64,000 bases of DNA, taken from positions 200,570,001 through 200,634,000 of the forward strand of contig OZ024742.1 in NCBI GenBank assembly GCA_964016885.1, read 5' to 3'. Shown one piece after another: positions 14,431-28,917 of the stretch. Every line of letters begins with the position of its first letter. The first letter of the stretch is position 1. The position numbers and the translations under genes were made by a program. Origin of the DNA: Eledone cirrhosa (taxonomy: Eukaryota). The notes beneath the pieces were generated by a model. That model searched no databases. It was given only the letters and a program-made list of their open reading frames with translations, and was not told the DNA's origin.

Positions 14431-14521
14431 CTCAATTAACCATCTTTTGATCTTATATATTATGTATACTCCAGTCCTACAAACTGCATTGCTTTATTGT
14501 ACTACAATAAAACTCACCTCC

Positions 14522-14634
<113 letters not shown>

Positions 14635-15364
14635 ATATATATATATATATGATTTAGCTTCAGGCATAGCTGTATACAAATATGTATAGAAATTTCGTAT
14701 TTCTAAAGGAAGACAGTAACACGGTTTTAGGAAGCCGGAAAAGAATGACTTCACTTGTAATTATAAACAATTTAGTTTAATTTTATAATATCATAATTTT
14801 ACAATTTAGTTTTGTAGATCTAATAAATTCTTTGTTAACTTCGGTGGGGAGTTTTTTTTAAAGATTCCTGGTTTACTCTTCTGGTGAACTTTCTCGCAAT
14901 CGTCGTGAAGACATCCTTTTTTAAAATATACCTAACTGTACCATGGATTCCACACATTTTCCAATATATATTATATACATACGAGTCTGAATTCGTGTTT
15001 GTGCGTATGCATACACAAATACGTTAAGAAATAACAAACAAATATGGGAGATAATTCACTTCTTTATTATCAACAAGGAAAAAATAGCATTGTAAATAAC
15101 AATTGCAATGCAATAATAAATAATTTAATTACAATTAAGTTAATAAATATTATCCACGCTATATTTCACATCAGTGAGGTAAATATTGGCATTTTTTCTG
15201 TTAAATATACTTATAGTTATAATAATAATCAGTATTATTATTATGTATTATGACAACTGAATCGTGTGATTAGAAATTGTAGGCACATAACTATTACAAA
15301 AAAACAAACAATTATATAAACAACGGTGACTAAAATAAAAGAGAGCATTTCATAGATAAACAGG

Positions 15365-15409
<45 letters not shown>

Positions 15410-15539
15410 ACACACGCATATATATATATAAACATATATATATATATATATACACACACACATGTACATATATACATACATAAATATATATATATGCGTA
15501 CATACACACACATATATATATGTATACATATATATATGT

Positions 15540-15696
<157 letters not shown>

Positions 15697-16187
15697 TATA
15701 TATATATACAGAGAAGTGTGAACGAAAGAGTGGGAGAGAGTAAGCAAGTGAAGAGGAATGACCAGAGATAATGTAAAAAATAAACATATGTAAATAATGG
15801 AAGCATTTTGCTTTAATTCCACGCTTTGGTGCGACAGATGAATTCCTGGATCGAATGTGATGACAGGAAGCTATCATTGGTTAAACAGTCCTATTGACTG
15901 AAGCATAAAAGAAGTGTTATTTGCAATCTTTGCTGTGAACTGAAATAACTCCGGTTGGAAACCGGGTCCACAGTTTTAGTTCACCATTGCGTTTCTTATA
16001 CTATACTGAAGTATACTATATGTGTGTACTACTATGTTTCCTTCCACACTCACACACATATGTATCTATATAGATACACATATGTGTATTTTTATATTAA
16101 ATATAATTTACACTCTACGTACATGTATGCAGTGTGCATTCAGTCAATGTTTGAATGTTTTATCTACTATGAAATTTTAAACACCCA

Positions 16188-16274
<87 letters not shown>

Positions 16275-16506
16275 TTTCTGAATTTGTTTAGCAAGATTCT
16301 TTATCTGAAAATGTGTGTTGAAACCGATATTGTTATACTTTGGGAGGGTCATGTTGCCAATAAGAAACACACGCACCAGTTGCTTTCATTTCAATTTATT
16401 ATAATAAATTTATAAATTCCTAAATTTATAAATTTATTATAATAAATTGAAGTGAAAGCAACTGGTGCGTGTGTTTCTTATTGGCAACATGACCCTCCCA
16501 AAGTAT

Positions 16507-16543
<37 letters not shown>

Positions 16544-16615
16544 GTGGATAATAATAAATATTACCCAGTTACAAGTATGAAAATATCTCAAAGTAAAATA
16601 ACAACTATAGTACAT

Positions 16616-16657
<42 letters not shown>

Positions 16658-16799
16658 TAGTAGCACAACAGTTAGTTCACCATACCGAGAACAATTGTTT
16701 CACCTTATGCGGATCTTCAGCTCGGACTGGTCATGACCAGTTCTACCAAACTCATCCCATGGACTGAGTACTCTACCACTACAGTGTTCTACCTCTAAA

Positions 16800-16873
<74 letters not shown>

Positions 16874-17109
16874 GAAAGAGAAAGAGTTAGGCAGGAAGAT
16901 AATCAGCGAGAGAGAAAGAGATAGAGTGGGTGGGAGAGATAGTCAGAGTGGAAGAGCGAAAAAGAAAGTGGGAAGGATTGTAAATGTAATATATCGGCAA
17001 GAACTAATCATTAGACCCATTTTAGCAGAATTTTAGGACACATTACTTCTCTGCAAAATGTCTAGGCAAAATTCAGCTCTTATGGTACAAAGTTTAGTTA
17101 GAATAAATA

Positions 17110-17935
17110 CACTGCACTAGATTTCGGCGTATAAGTCGATCTGCAATACAAGTCGATTAGGCTCAAAATTATGTTAGGGTAATATCTACCATATAGGTCG
17201 GAGCCCAAACATGCTTTAACCATTGCTGAGGCTGGTTATTTTATTGGTGACTGTCTTAGTGATTTTCTAAATGATTTATATTATAAATAAAATATATAGA
17301 TATATAGATATATAGATAATATATAAATATATTATAGGAAAACATAGTTTTACAAAATACCTAAATAACTGTACTCATTGATGATTTTCAGATTCCTGTT
17401 TTAACTGGAGACTATAATATATATTTCATATAAGGATAAAGATCCCATAATTCCTGGTGGAGTTGTAGAGGCACCGTCAAATCGCGTGTCTAGAGCACTT
17501 TTAAATCTGGCGGAGCCCAACCCTCTCCAGGTCTGAACACAACCTATTTTTTATATAGAGGAAGAATCGAACCTAGTACTGGACTTTTTATCGACCTCGA
17601 AAGAATGAAAGGCAAAATTGATCCCGACGGGATTTGAACTTAGAGCTCGCAATGAGGTGGGACGAATACCGTAAAGCATTCTATCCAACGTCTCTGTCAA
17701 TTCGCCGCCAATATTCCATATATTATATAGTAAAATATATTCTTCAAAGTACCTAAGGAAACCGTACTCACTGCTCATGACTGCAAATTGCATCAGTGAT
17801 GTAAGCACACATACAGTGGTGCCACCAACTACATACATCCTACTTTGACACTTATCTACCACACTATAAGTCGATCTTTAGTTTTGGATCAGCTTTTCAG
17901 TTTTAAAAAGTCGACTTATTCGCTGCATTTACTAT
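17110..17935. mobile_element. Tc1/mariner (Tc2/pogo-like) non-autonomous relic, interrupted by a SINE at about 17572-17709
   Basis: ttcggcgtataagtcga at the left, tcgacttattcgc at the right, and repeated ataagtcga subterminal motifs. Confidence 0.4.
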
Positions 17936-18196
17936 AAATACAACTAAATCAACAATTGGCTACTTTGTTCCAGATCTATGCCAGATTATCCATTTTCCGT
18001 ACTAGATAATAATTCACTATAAATATGTAACAAAACCGGAAATATAATGCTCATCCTACCCCTCAACTATAATAATATAAAAAAAGCGTAAATGTTTATA
18101 AATGAGGTGCCGACCAGTGATATACATTCAGTAGTATCACTGTAAACTGTGTGAGTTCTACAGATAATATATAATGGTGGAAAGTACATTTTTCAT

Positions 18197-18228
<32 letters not shown>

Positions 18229-18326
18229 TGTATGTATGTATGTATGTATGTATGTATGCATGTATGTATGTATGCATGTATGTATGTATGCATGTTTGTA
18301 TGGATAGGTGTAAGTATGTATGTATG

Positions 18327-18392
<66 letters not shown>

Positions 18393-19769
18393 CACACATA
18401 CATACATACTTGTGTGTGTGCACATGTATATATATATATATATATATATACATGCATGCATACACATACACATACATGTACACCCACACCCACACATATA
18501 TGTTCATTAGAGTACCTTATTTTCAGAGAGAAATATGTGCTTTGTGCATATAATATATATATTCTTTTTGTAGAGGGGTAGGGTGGAAAAATAACGTTTG
18601 TCTTGGGACATTTTATTTTACATATTTTTCATAAACATACATTTATTGTTGTTTTAACATAGCTTTTTCTTTTCGTAAGGGGGTGAGTGACGCTAGCTAC
18701 TGATGTGATAGCAACGGTCACGCCCTCAAAGAAAAACTGTGAAAACTATACAGAATCTTTTTAAAAAGATATAGACAAAGAAAACATAAAACGAATATAA
18801 TCGGACGAATAGATACAACAGACATTTTCATTTGAACGAATAAAAAAAATAATGATGTTCGTAATAACGTTAAATGCAATGACATCAATTTTGCTAGCAT
18901 TGGTGGTCAAAGGGAGGCGCTCGATAAAGGCTGGCTCCCGAAATATGAAAGAACATGGGTGAATTACGTTACAAGTGTCAGTACCTCATTGTCTTTGGAA
19001 TACATGTAGACATTGGCAAGGAGCAGAGTAACATACATATGTCTTACACAAACGAAGGAGGGCTTTCATATTTCTTCCAAAAGAAACGTTAAATCGACAA
19101 ATAGATTAACTGTGGACAACTGCAGAGGCAGCAAAAACAACTGGCAGACCTTGAAACAACTGTTTCCCCCCAGGTTACAGCTGTGAGGAGCACGGAAAAA
19201 ATAGCTTCCTTCTCAGTACCAGAAACCAATAATCGGGAAAACAAGAGGACATCTAATTTCTTAGTAGTGTCACGCCATATTCTTGTGATGATGGAGACGA
19301 TACAGAGGCGGGACAGACATAGCAAACTATTTGGGGTATCAAAAATGACGAAAAAAAGCAACAAAAATGAAAGAAGGTACAGAAGAGGAAGTGTAAGTCA
19401 CATTAGGAATTATTCAAATTCTACTTGAACAGCATTAAATTTACACTACTTAAAAATGACAACGAAGAATTGGTGGATCAACTGAAACACATAAAGAGAT
19501 GTTACGAAGGAGGGGTATGCTGATCGAGAGAAAGATAATGTGTTGATTTTTAGTGTTTAGTCAGAGAGAGAAAGACAGAAACCATGGTCCTTTTCAGGAA
19601 GTCTGAGACTAGCCTGAGATCTGTTATAAATGTTTGCACCAGAGTAGACCAAGTGCTAGTATTAAATTAGCTGATCCATTAACTCTATCACTAACATAGG
19701 CCATAGCGGGATTTGAACTAAGAACGCAAATGTCTGGAACAAATAGTGCAAGACTAATTTATTATTATT

Positions 19770-19814
<45 letters not shown>

Positions 19815-19912
19815 CGTTACCTACGTAAACCCCTTGTTGCGTCAAACAAAGCCGTACGCTAAAACTATCCATAATACGATGTATTCATAACCTCTAACTG
19901 GATTACCTATAA

Positions 19913-19977
<65 letters not shown>

Positions 19978-21391
19978 TCTATTTACCAATTTCTAATGAC
20001 TTAATATATTCTAATTTTTATTCTCAACGAATTATGTAATCTTACATTTAGTGCAGATTGTTTCTAGTTTTGAAACTTTGATATATCTTAATGCACGCTT
20101 AAATGTGTATGAATATATTCCATTAACTTTCTTATAATGATACATTATATAACATATATTTTCTTCACCCCGGGTTTTTATTTAACAATGTTTGTACATC
20201 ATCTAACTTCTTTTGTAAATGGTTTTTGAGTCAATGTGAACTCAGAACCCAGAAGCACGTAACTCAACACTATGAAACATTTACTCTATCGCTTTACCGT
20301 TTCCGACTATACCTGTTTCCGTCCTCTCTCTGATAACAACGACGTCGTCGACGACGACAACGACGGCGATGATGATGATGATTATGATGTTCCACGCATT
20401 TTAGCTTTTGTATTTGTTTTGAAGTGCTTCTGTACAATTTAATTTTGATTAATATCACATTATATAAAATAAGATTTTCAACATAAAAAATACAAGAATG
20501 TTTTCAATAATATATATATATATATATATACGTGCGTGTGTGTCTGTGTGTTTGTTTGTATGTATGTATGTATATGTATGTATTTGTGTCACATATCAAG
20601 CGATGCCTGTGCTTGAAGGCTTTTTAAGTGAGGAAAGTCTTCGCACGGGGCGAATCCCGCTCTCTGAATATCGAATGCATTTAACCAAAAAGTAGAACTG
20701 GTCTACATCATTGGATACGAACAAAGTCGCACATCAGAGTGGCCTTCTTCTAGTGAGATGTCTTAATGAAGACTAGGAGTCTATTACTGCACAAAAAAGT
20801 ACAGGCATCGCTTAATATGTGACATGCTTTGCGATGCATGGTATTGCTGGACATAGGCAAGTTCTTAGCAGGACTAAAACGCCACGTCCGTGATGTTCAT
20901 GTTTAATTATCAAGCGATGGCATTACTCAAAATCGAGTTGCAGCCATCATGTATTTATGTATGTATAAACGATGTGAAAAGCACAATGAGTTCTATATTA
21001 GATATTATATTTAACAATTTGCGGTAGAAGGCGGAAATAGACTCACTAGATACCCGAGTCAGGCTCCCAGCGGTGATATGGGTCCTTGTTTCACGTTGCC
21101 CCAGTCCTCTCATTTCTATTCCGTTGATCAAACAACTGGAACATTCGTTATTGATTTATTGAAGAAGGTGTTGCTTCTAATGATGGTACATGACTTGTAC
21201 TTAATTTTATCGACCCCAGAGGGATGAAATGCAAAGTTAACTTCGGCAGGACGATAATAATGATTATGATCTTGTTGTTGTTGATGATAATGATGATGAT
21301 GATAATAATGATCATAATTTCTTTTATTGGCTACAAGATTTGTTGAGAGTACGAGAATGAGATAAGAACGAAAGTAGTAAAATAAATAGAT

Positions 21392-21850
21392 AATGGTTTC
21401 TTATATAGGCACAAGAACAGCAATTTTCATAGGGAGGGGAAAGTCAATTAAATCTGCCCCAGTGCGTGACTGGTACTTTATTTTTTCGACGCCGTAAGGA
21501 TGAAAGGCAAAGTTAACCTCGGTTGGATTTGAACTCAGATCGTAAAGGGCCGGAAGTCTATGTTGCAAAGCATGGCGTCCGACCCCCTTCCGATACTGCC
21601 AATCCACCGCCTATTGTATAGATAATAATAATAATTATTATTATTTCTGATATAGGCACAAGGCCAACACTTTTTGGAGAGGGGAAAGTCGATTAAATCG
21701 ACCCCAGTGCGTTACTGGTACTTTATTTTGTTGACCCCGTAAGGATGAAAGGCAAAGCTAACCTGGGCGGGATTTGAACTCAGAACCTAAATGGCCGTAA
21801 TTCTATGGCGCGAAGCATGGCGTCCGACACTCTACCAATACTGCCAATCT
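21392..21850 (-). mobile_element. Two adjacent near full-length SINE family A copies
   Basis: Both are reverse complements of 59546-59765 (about 21392-21611 and 21640-21850). Confidence 0.88.
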
Positions 21851-22351
21851 ACCTGTAAGAATATTAATAATAATTATCTATTTTATTTTTTTTTACTTAT
21901 ATTTTTATGGGACCAGCTTTGAGGACAATACGTAGAGAAACAACAACACACAGAGCGATTACACCGAGTAAAAGGAAAGAGACATCAACAAAGGGGGGAA
22001 AACAGTAGATATAATACGAATAATTGTAATAAAGAGCAATAATTGTGTGAGTTGTTAGAGAAAACATTAACACAGATACAACATACGTGCAACAATTGTA
22101 ATAAACTACCATGCTCCAGCAGTTGTGAAAATTTAGATGAAGCCTCTATGATTTCCTATATTCCTATTATAATCTACAACCACTACTAAGCATGTGATAA
22201 ATACGCTACTAGTATGACCATTCTGGTTTTTAGGGACGCTATTGCTCTAAACGAAGCATAAAGGACTAATAAGGTAATAAGAAAAGTCCTTAATATAAAT
22301 GATCAAAGTTGAACACAGTGTGTTCAATATAAATATTATATGTTGTTTTTG

Positions 22352-22387
<36 letters not shown>

Positions 22388-24431
22388 CACACACACATGC
22401 ACACACGCATATATATATATAAAGATATATATATGTGTATGTATACATGTGTATATATACTCAAAGCTATACATTTAAGGAAATGGTTGTCGATAATACC
22501 AGTAATATTATCTTACGAGTACAATAGTGTACTATTGTTTCATTATGATAAACATAATTATTAGGTCGTCTTTGAATTTTCTTCTATAATTAAAGTTATT
22601 TATAAAGCTAACATGTGAACCTGATAAGCAGAGAAAAAGTAATATTCATTTAATTACATAGCCGATTAAATCGACTGGTCATTTATTTTTATCGATCTCT
22701 ATCCTCGAAGGATAAAAAGGCAAAAACTTTAGCGACCTCGGGAAGATGTAAAGCAAAGTTAACCTCGATGTGATTTTCAACGAGATTTGAAACGTGACAA
22801 AAAAGAAAATGGACGTTTTGAGACTGGGGATCTACTAACTTCACCCATCCATCAAAATCAAATTGAATAATTAAGGTTATCATTATTGTGTTATTCCGTT
22901 TAGATCAGTTTTGTTTATCTATTGCCGAGATCAGGCCTTGAACCTAGGACAATAGAGGTTTTCATTGTAGAGAGAGAACTCGTCTGAGAATGAGTGCTGT
23001 TGCTAGTAGCCCGATCTTCTGTAGGTCATATTTGCTGATATTATTATTAACAATTTTAAATCTTTTAACTTTTTTTATAGCTTACACAGCAAGGGTTTGA
23101 GCAGATATATAGATGGGAGGGAGACATACAATTATATGGAAAATGGTAATAAACCATGGCCACCACCAAAGAATAAAAAAACAAAAAACAAAAATGGACG
23201 TAACTGAATGTCTCAAAACATTTCTCACGGAAACTATCAAATGATTCCTTATATAGGCACAAGACTTAATATGGGGTGAAGGAAAACAACAAAACAGAGT
23301 ATACAACTGAATCCTACACAATAACCCGGAAGCTCTGGTAATTTATTTATCAACCCTCAAAGGATGGAAGGCAAAGCTGACCTTGGTAGGATTTGAACTC
23401 ATTGTGTAGTGAGTCAGAATAAATACAGGAATATTCAATCCGATAATTTAACAACTCAACAACAACAACAACAACACAAACAAAACTAAAATTAACGTAA
23501 CAGAATACCCCAATAAAACATTTAAGTCGGATGCACCATCGAACGATTTCTAACATACACACAAGGATATATATAAAGTGGGTTGGATGGGTTTGTAGAG
23601 GATAAAGTCAACTCACTTGTAAATAGTTATTCGATACTTAGGAGAAAAGGGAATCGAACGTAACGGAATGTCACAAAACACTTAATTTGAGTAATCTACT
23701 GATTTTGATCATTGGTTTCTCACATAACCACAGAGCCAGCCATGTTGGGGGTGTGGGGTTGGATTGGTAAATAGTGGATTAAGTCAACATATTTATAAGT
23801 ACTTATTCAATGTTTGGAATAACAACAACAGCAGCAACAACAAAGGGATGCAACTAAATGCCCCAAAACAATTACTTTGGTACCTCTATTAATTTTGTAA
23901 AATGATATTTTTCTTACAAAGGGTCAAGACCAGCCATTTTGTGGGACTGGATGGGTACATAGTAGATAAAATCAACACATTTGTAAGTACTTATTCGATA
24001 TCCAAAACTACAATATCAATAACAAAAAAGGAACGTAACTGAATACTTCAACACATTTAATCCGGAAGCGCTACCGATATTGGTCATCGATTTTTTTATA
24101 TAGGCACCAGGCCAGCTATGTTGTGGGTTGGATGGGTATATAGAGAAGTGAGTCAACACAATGTTTCATTTGAATATAGTGCGTCGAGACACAAACTGGG
24201 AAGATTGGAAATAAGAAAGGTAGTTTTGAAACATTTGTATTTTTTCCAAATATATATGGTAAAATTCTTGAAATTCCTGCGACATTCCACAAGTGCAAGT
24301 TGCCTGCAAGAAACCAAAGCGAGTTCAGCCTCCATTCTTTTTCTTCAACTGTGAAATTGACGTGAAAAATAGCTGGTATGTATTTAACTATCTAGTTATC
24401 TGTTTGCCTATCTATCTATTTGCATATATTT

Positions 24432-24515
<84 letters not shown>

Positions 24516-24815
24516 GCACACACATATATATATGTAATGTATACATCTGCTTTTGATATAAATCTTATAGCATGTGAACCATTTCGATTTGTCATCAAAA
24601 TCACTACAAAGGCTACATACCCTCACTCACTCTCACACACACACAGATACACACGCACACATACACATACAGACACAAACATCTATATATATATACACAT
24701 ATAGACTAATCAGGTCGTATCTATTACATGATATATACTACTGAAATATATATAACAGTAACAAGGTATTCAATAAAATGATGCAAGATTCAAAGACACT
24801 GACTTCTTCATTATT

Positions 24816-24933
<118 letters not shown>

Positions 24934-25124
24934 ATATTTATATGGAGGGGGGGGGGGGGGGGTGAGTATAGGGAGTGAAAGAGGGAGAGAGGGATAATAA
25001 ATTTCGGACTGAAATGACTTTTATAGGTTTAGCTGTGTTGAAATATCTGATGATTTCAACCGAATGAAACAGTACTTGCTCAGTAGAGGTCATTTCCACA
25101 AGCACATATATATATGTGGTTGTA

Positions 25125-25198
<74 letters not shown>

Positions 25199-25266
25199 TA
25201 TATATATATGCATACAAGCACACACGTTCACACACACGCACACATATGAGTGTATGCATTCATCTT

Positions 25267-25344
<78 letters not shown>

Positions 25345-25592
25345 CATACACATACATTCAGAGATTAATATGTACACCACACAGAAATAGATACATTCAT
25401 ACACATATAACAAATAGCTATATTTTCACGTAAATACCACCACCACCACCACTATCATCACCACCGCTGCCGCTGCCACCACCACCACGATCACTGCCGT
25501 CGCCGCTGCTACCACGGCCACCACCACAAACAGAATGTAGTACAACAGATGCAGCAGTAGTAATAGCAGCAATAGTAGCAGCAGTAGCATGT

Positions 25593-25766
25593 TTAAAATG
25601 TGCAGGAAGCATTTTCGAAACCTCCGCTTCTTAATGTCGGCGTTCTGTCATAGAGCGAAGGTGCATTCAGGTAAATCACACAGGTTCCAATCGTACAGAT
25701 CACACTAAATATCCACAAAAAGAATCGATCAATCAATGTTGAGATATAGGCCCAGTCACGAACCGC
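25593..25766 (-). CDS. nAChR alpha subunit, last coding exon (M4 and C-terminus)
   Basis: tctctttgcag|AVRDWAYISTLIDRFFLWIFSVICTIGTCVIYLNAPSLYDRTPTLRSGGFENASCTF*. Phase 0 matches the upstream donor. Not in the ORF track. Confidence 0.95.
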   Translation of the reverse strand, partial: AVRDWAYISTLIDRFFLWIFSVICTIGTCVIYLNAPSLYDRTPTLRSGGFENASCTF

Positions 25767-26229
25767 CTGCAAAGAGACAGAAAAAAAAAATTAAAAGAGG
25801 GAAATAAAAAAAAACAAGACAAATAGATTAGCGTAAAATGAAAAAGTGTCTCAATGCCCAAAATATTAAATAAAAAGCAAATATATGTGCAATCATTAGA
25901 TTGTATCAAAGGAACTATGTTGGCATTGGCTTTTTCATTGCTGTTACTCTCTGTCGGTCATATCCTTTGCCAGAAGAAAGCGGAATTTGAGCTCAGAACG
26001 CAGAGAAAGGATTACAATACCATAAAGCATCCTGTCCGTCTCTTTAATAATTCGCCAATATACAACTTAGTAGTTCAAGGAAACGAGTAGATCAAAGAAA
26101 CTATATTTCTATTGGTGTTTCCAAGTCGCAACTTATTGTAGAAGACAGGATTTAAACTTAATACAAACAAAGCTAGATCCGATATAATAAAGCATCCCCC
26201 TCCAGCAATTTTGCCAATTCACAGCACTG

Positions 26230-26365
26230 AAGTGGTACTTTATTTATCGACCTCAAAAGGATGAAAGACAAAGTTGACTTCAGCAGAATTTGAACTCAGA
26301 GCTCAAAGGGGCCAGAAGAAATACTGAGGTATTTAATCCGACCTTTTAACGTCTCTGCCAATTCA
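26230..26365 (-). mobile_element. SINE family A, diverged intronic copy
   Basis: ggtacttt..atcgacc..ggatgaaagacaaagttgact..gaatttgaactcag. Confidence 0.75.
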
Positions 26366-27032
26366 TCCCTTGATAATAAAAGGAAGCAAATGTATAAGGC
26401 GCATTGATAATCTGCTAGAAATGGCAGTCAAATCTCCTCCAAACCTCATCCAATCGATTTGAAGAAAAAGATTACATAGGAAAATGTACTCCAAGCTACA
26501 CTAAACCAGCAAAAGTGATAAATGAAAAAGAAAAGGAAAAAAGAAGTCCCAGTGCTCGAAATATTGAAACAAAAAAGCAATACAGTAATACAGATTTTTT
26601 AAAAAGCTTATTCAGGGACGAAAGACCGGTATCAATGCCTTTATTTTCTTCAGGGCTTCCGAGACCGGTAAGTAGGAAAGAAGGAAAGAAAGGACAATGT
26701 TATTCACAAATAGGAAACTTGGCCTGAATGCTGACAACAAAGTGGACACCACTTTAGGAAGCAATGGGCCAAGTGTTGGTGTTGAAATAGGTGAGCCATT
26801 AATTGTATCACCCTCATAGGCCACAGTCGGTTTTGAACTAAGCACTCAAAAAGCCATAACAAATAACACAGGTAATCTTGTCGGATGCTCTAACAATTCC
26901 GTCAATATAATAACCTGGAGAGGTATTATTTTATTGACCTCTAAAAGACGGGAGATAAAGCTATCTCGGCGAGATTTGAACACATAGCCTATGAAGACAT
27001 ACAGCCAATTTCTTCCAAAGAATGAGAGAGAG

Positions 27033-27081
<49 letters not shown>

Positions 27082-27428
27082 TGAGCGTGAGAGAGAAAGA
27101 GAGAGAGAGAAAGAGAGTGAGCGTGAGAGAGAAAAAGAGAAAGAGAGAGAAGGAAAGCGAGAGCGAGAGAGAGAAAGAGAGAAAGATAAAGTTGACCATG
27201 GCGAGATTTGAAATTAGAATGCAGTGTGCAAATAGCTTAAAATATTTTTAATCAACGCTCTACTGATCCTGCCATTTCGCCGCCTTGAAGAATAGGAATA
27301 ATAATAAGAAGAATAAAGAAGAAGAAGAAAAAGAAGGATAAAGAGAAGAAAAAATGGAAAAAAATAGAAAAAATAAGAGGTGAACAAGAAGATAAAAAGA
27401 GGCAGGAAAAGATAAGATAGTTACTTAC

Positions 27429-28458
27429 AGCACTGCCTTCCTCGACGTCTTTCTTGGTGCTGGCAATATATTCAACATTACTTATCATCTCTTCCACTAG
27501 ATCGGTAGTCCAGTCGTCTAAACTTTGAAATTTCTCCAACTTCCCGGGGTCAGGCTCATCTATGGTCGGGTGCTGACACATGTTTTCATACGTCGGCACC
27601 TCTCCTCTACAGTTGAGCGTGATGCTGCGTGTTTCAATGGGTTCATCCCCGTCAAACGTACTTACGCTTTGCATTTTCGACGGCGGCAAGACTGGTGGCT
27701 CATCATCGAAACGGGGTCGCTTCATCATGAGGAACGTAGGTAGTTTCTCCATGACGTAATACCTCACCCACTGGGACATTGTGTGGGTGGTTGTAGTTCG
27801 GTAATTGACGTTTAGTACGTAGACAGTTAGAAAGAGAGACGCCGTCACCATTAACATGGTGAACATGAGGTATTTACCGATTAAAGGAATCACAAGCGAA
27901 GTGGGTGGAATGATTTCAGAAAGCAGTAAAAAGAATACAGTCAACGCTAACAGAACTGAGATGGACAGAGTAATTTTCTCACCGCTCACGGACGGTAAAT
28001 AGAACACAAGGATGGTCAAGAATGAAATAGACACACAGGGTATGATCAAGTTCAAGGTGTAGAACTGCGGGATACGCCTCATTTTAATATGATATGTAAT
28101 GAGCGGATAAGGTGTTGGACAACATGGATACGTGTTGATGGTTCTAGTAGACGTTACGTTTAGAATTTCCCATTCGCTATTCTCTGAATAGCCTCTCATA
28201 TCGATTCCGTTGGGAATCACCACGTTGCCATTGAGTTGCGTTTGACCGGTGCTGTGGCAGAAATCGACTAAGTCGACTTCATTACCATCGTATGTCCATG
28301 AGCTGAATTTCATAAAGCAGAGTTGGGTATCAAACGGAAAATATTCTACGTCTATAGGGCAATATGTTTTGTAGATAGCAGGCGGTTCCCACGTTATTCT
28401 ACCATTGTAATGTACCAGGGCTTTCGTTAGCAGTGTGATATCGAAATTCCCGTCTGCG
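27429..28458 (-). CDS. nAChR alpha subunit, large 1030-nt exon (Cys-loop, loops B/F/C, M1-M3, intracellular loop)
   Basis: Lies inside ORF 27252..28517. Acceptor tttccag, donor gtaagt. Encodes CPIDVEYFPFDTQLC (Cys-loop), SSWTYDG (loop B), YPCCPTPY (vicinal Cys = alpha type), GEKITLSISVLLALTVFFLLLSE (cation-type M2) and PLIGKY. Confidence 0.97.
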
Positions 28459-28788
28459 CTGGAAACGAAAGGAGAGATTATAGTTAGAGGATGTGAAATA
28501 AAAGATGGAATATGCAAATTTTATCATTTGGGTTACATGCATACGTTTCAACAGAAGATTATTAGTGGAATATTCTCATAAAATCTTCCATCACATGTAA
28601 ACGTAACAGGCTTGGTATAGTGTTTTAAGACAAAACAATTTTCAGCTAAAATAAAAATATGCAAGAGATTCCTAAGGTTAGACATGTAAATTTTCAAAGC
28701 TGTTGTTATCTAGATTCCTTCCCTTTAGCTTTGTCTTTTTGTTAGAAACTAACGCTTACTTAAAATTAAAAAGAAGGCCGAACATATT

Positions 28789-28917
<129 letters not shown>

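Noticed and set aside
27429-28458. Octopus chemotactile receptor
   Set aside because: The vicinal cysteines and acetylcholine-binding aromatic residues are retained.
27252-28517. ORF as a complete intronless receptor
   Set aside because: Both ends are intronic read-through; clear splice sites and the flanking exons were found.
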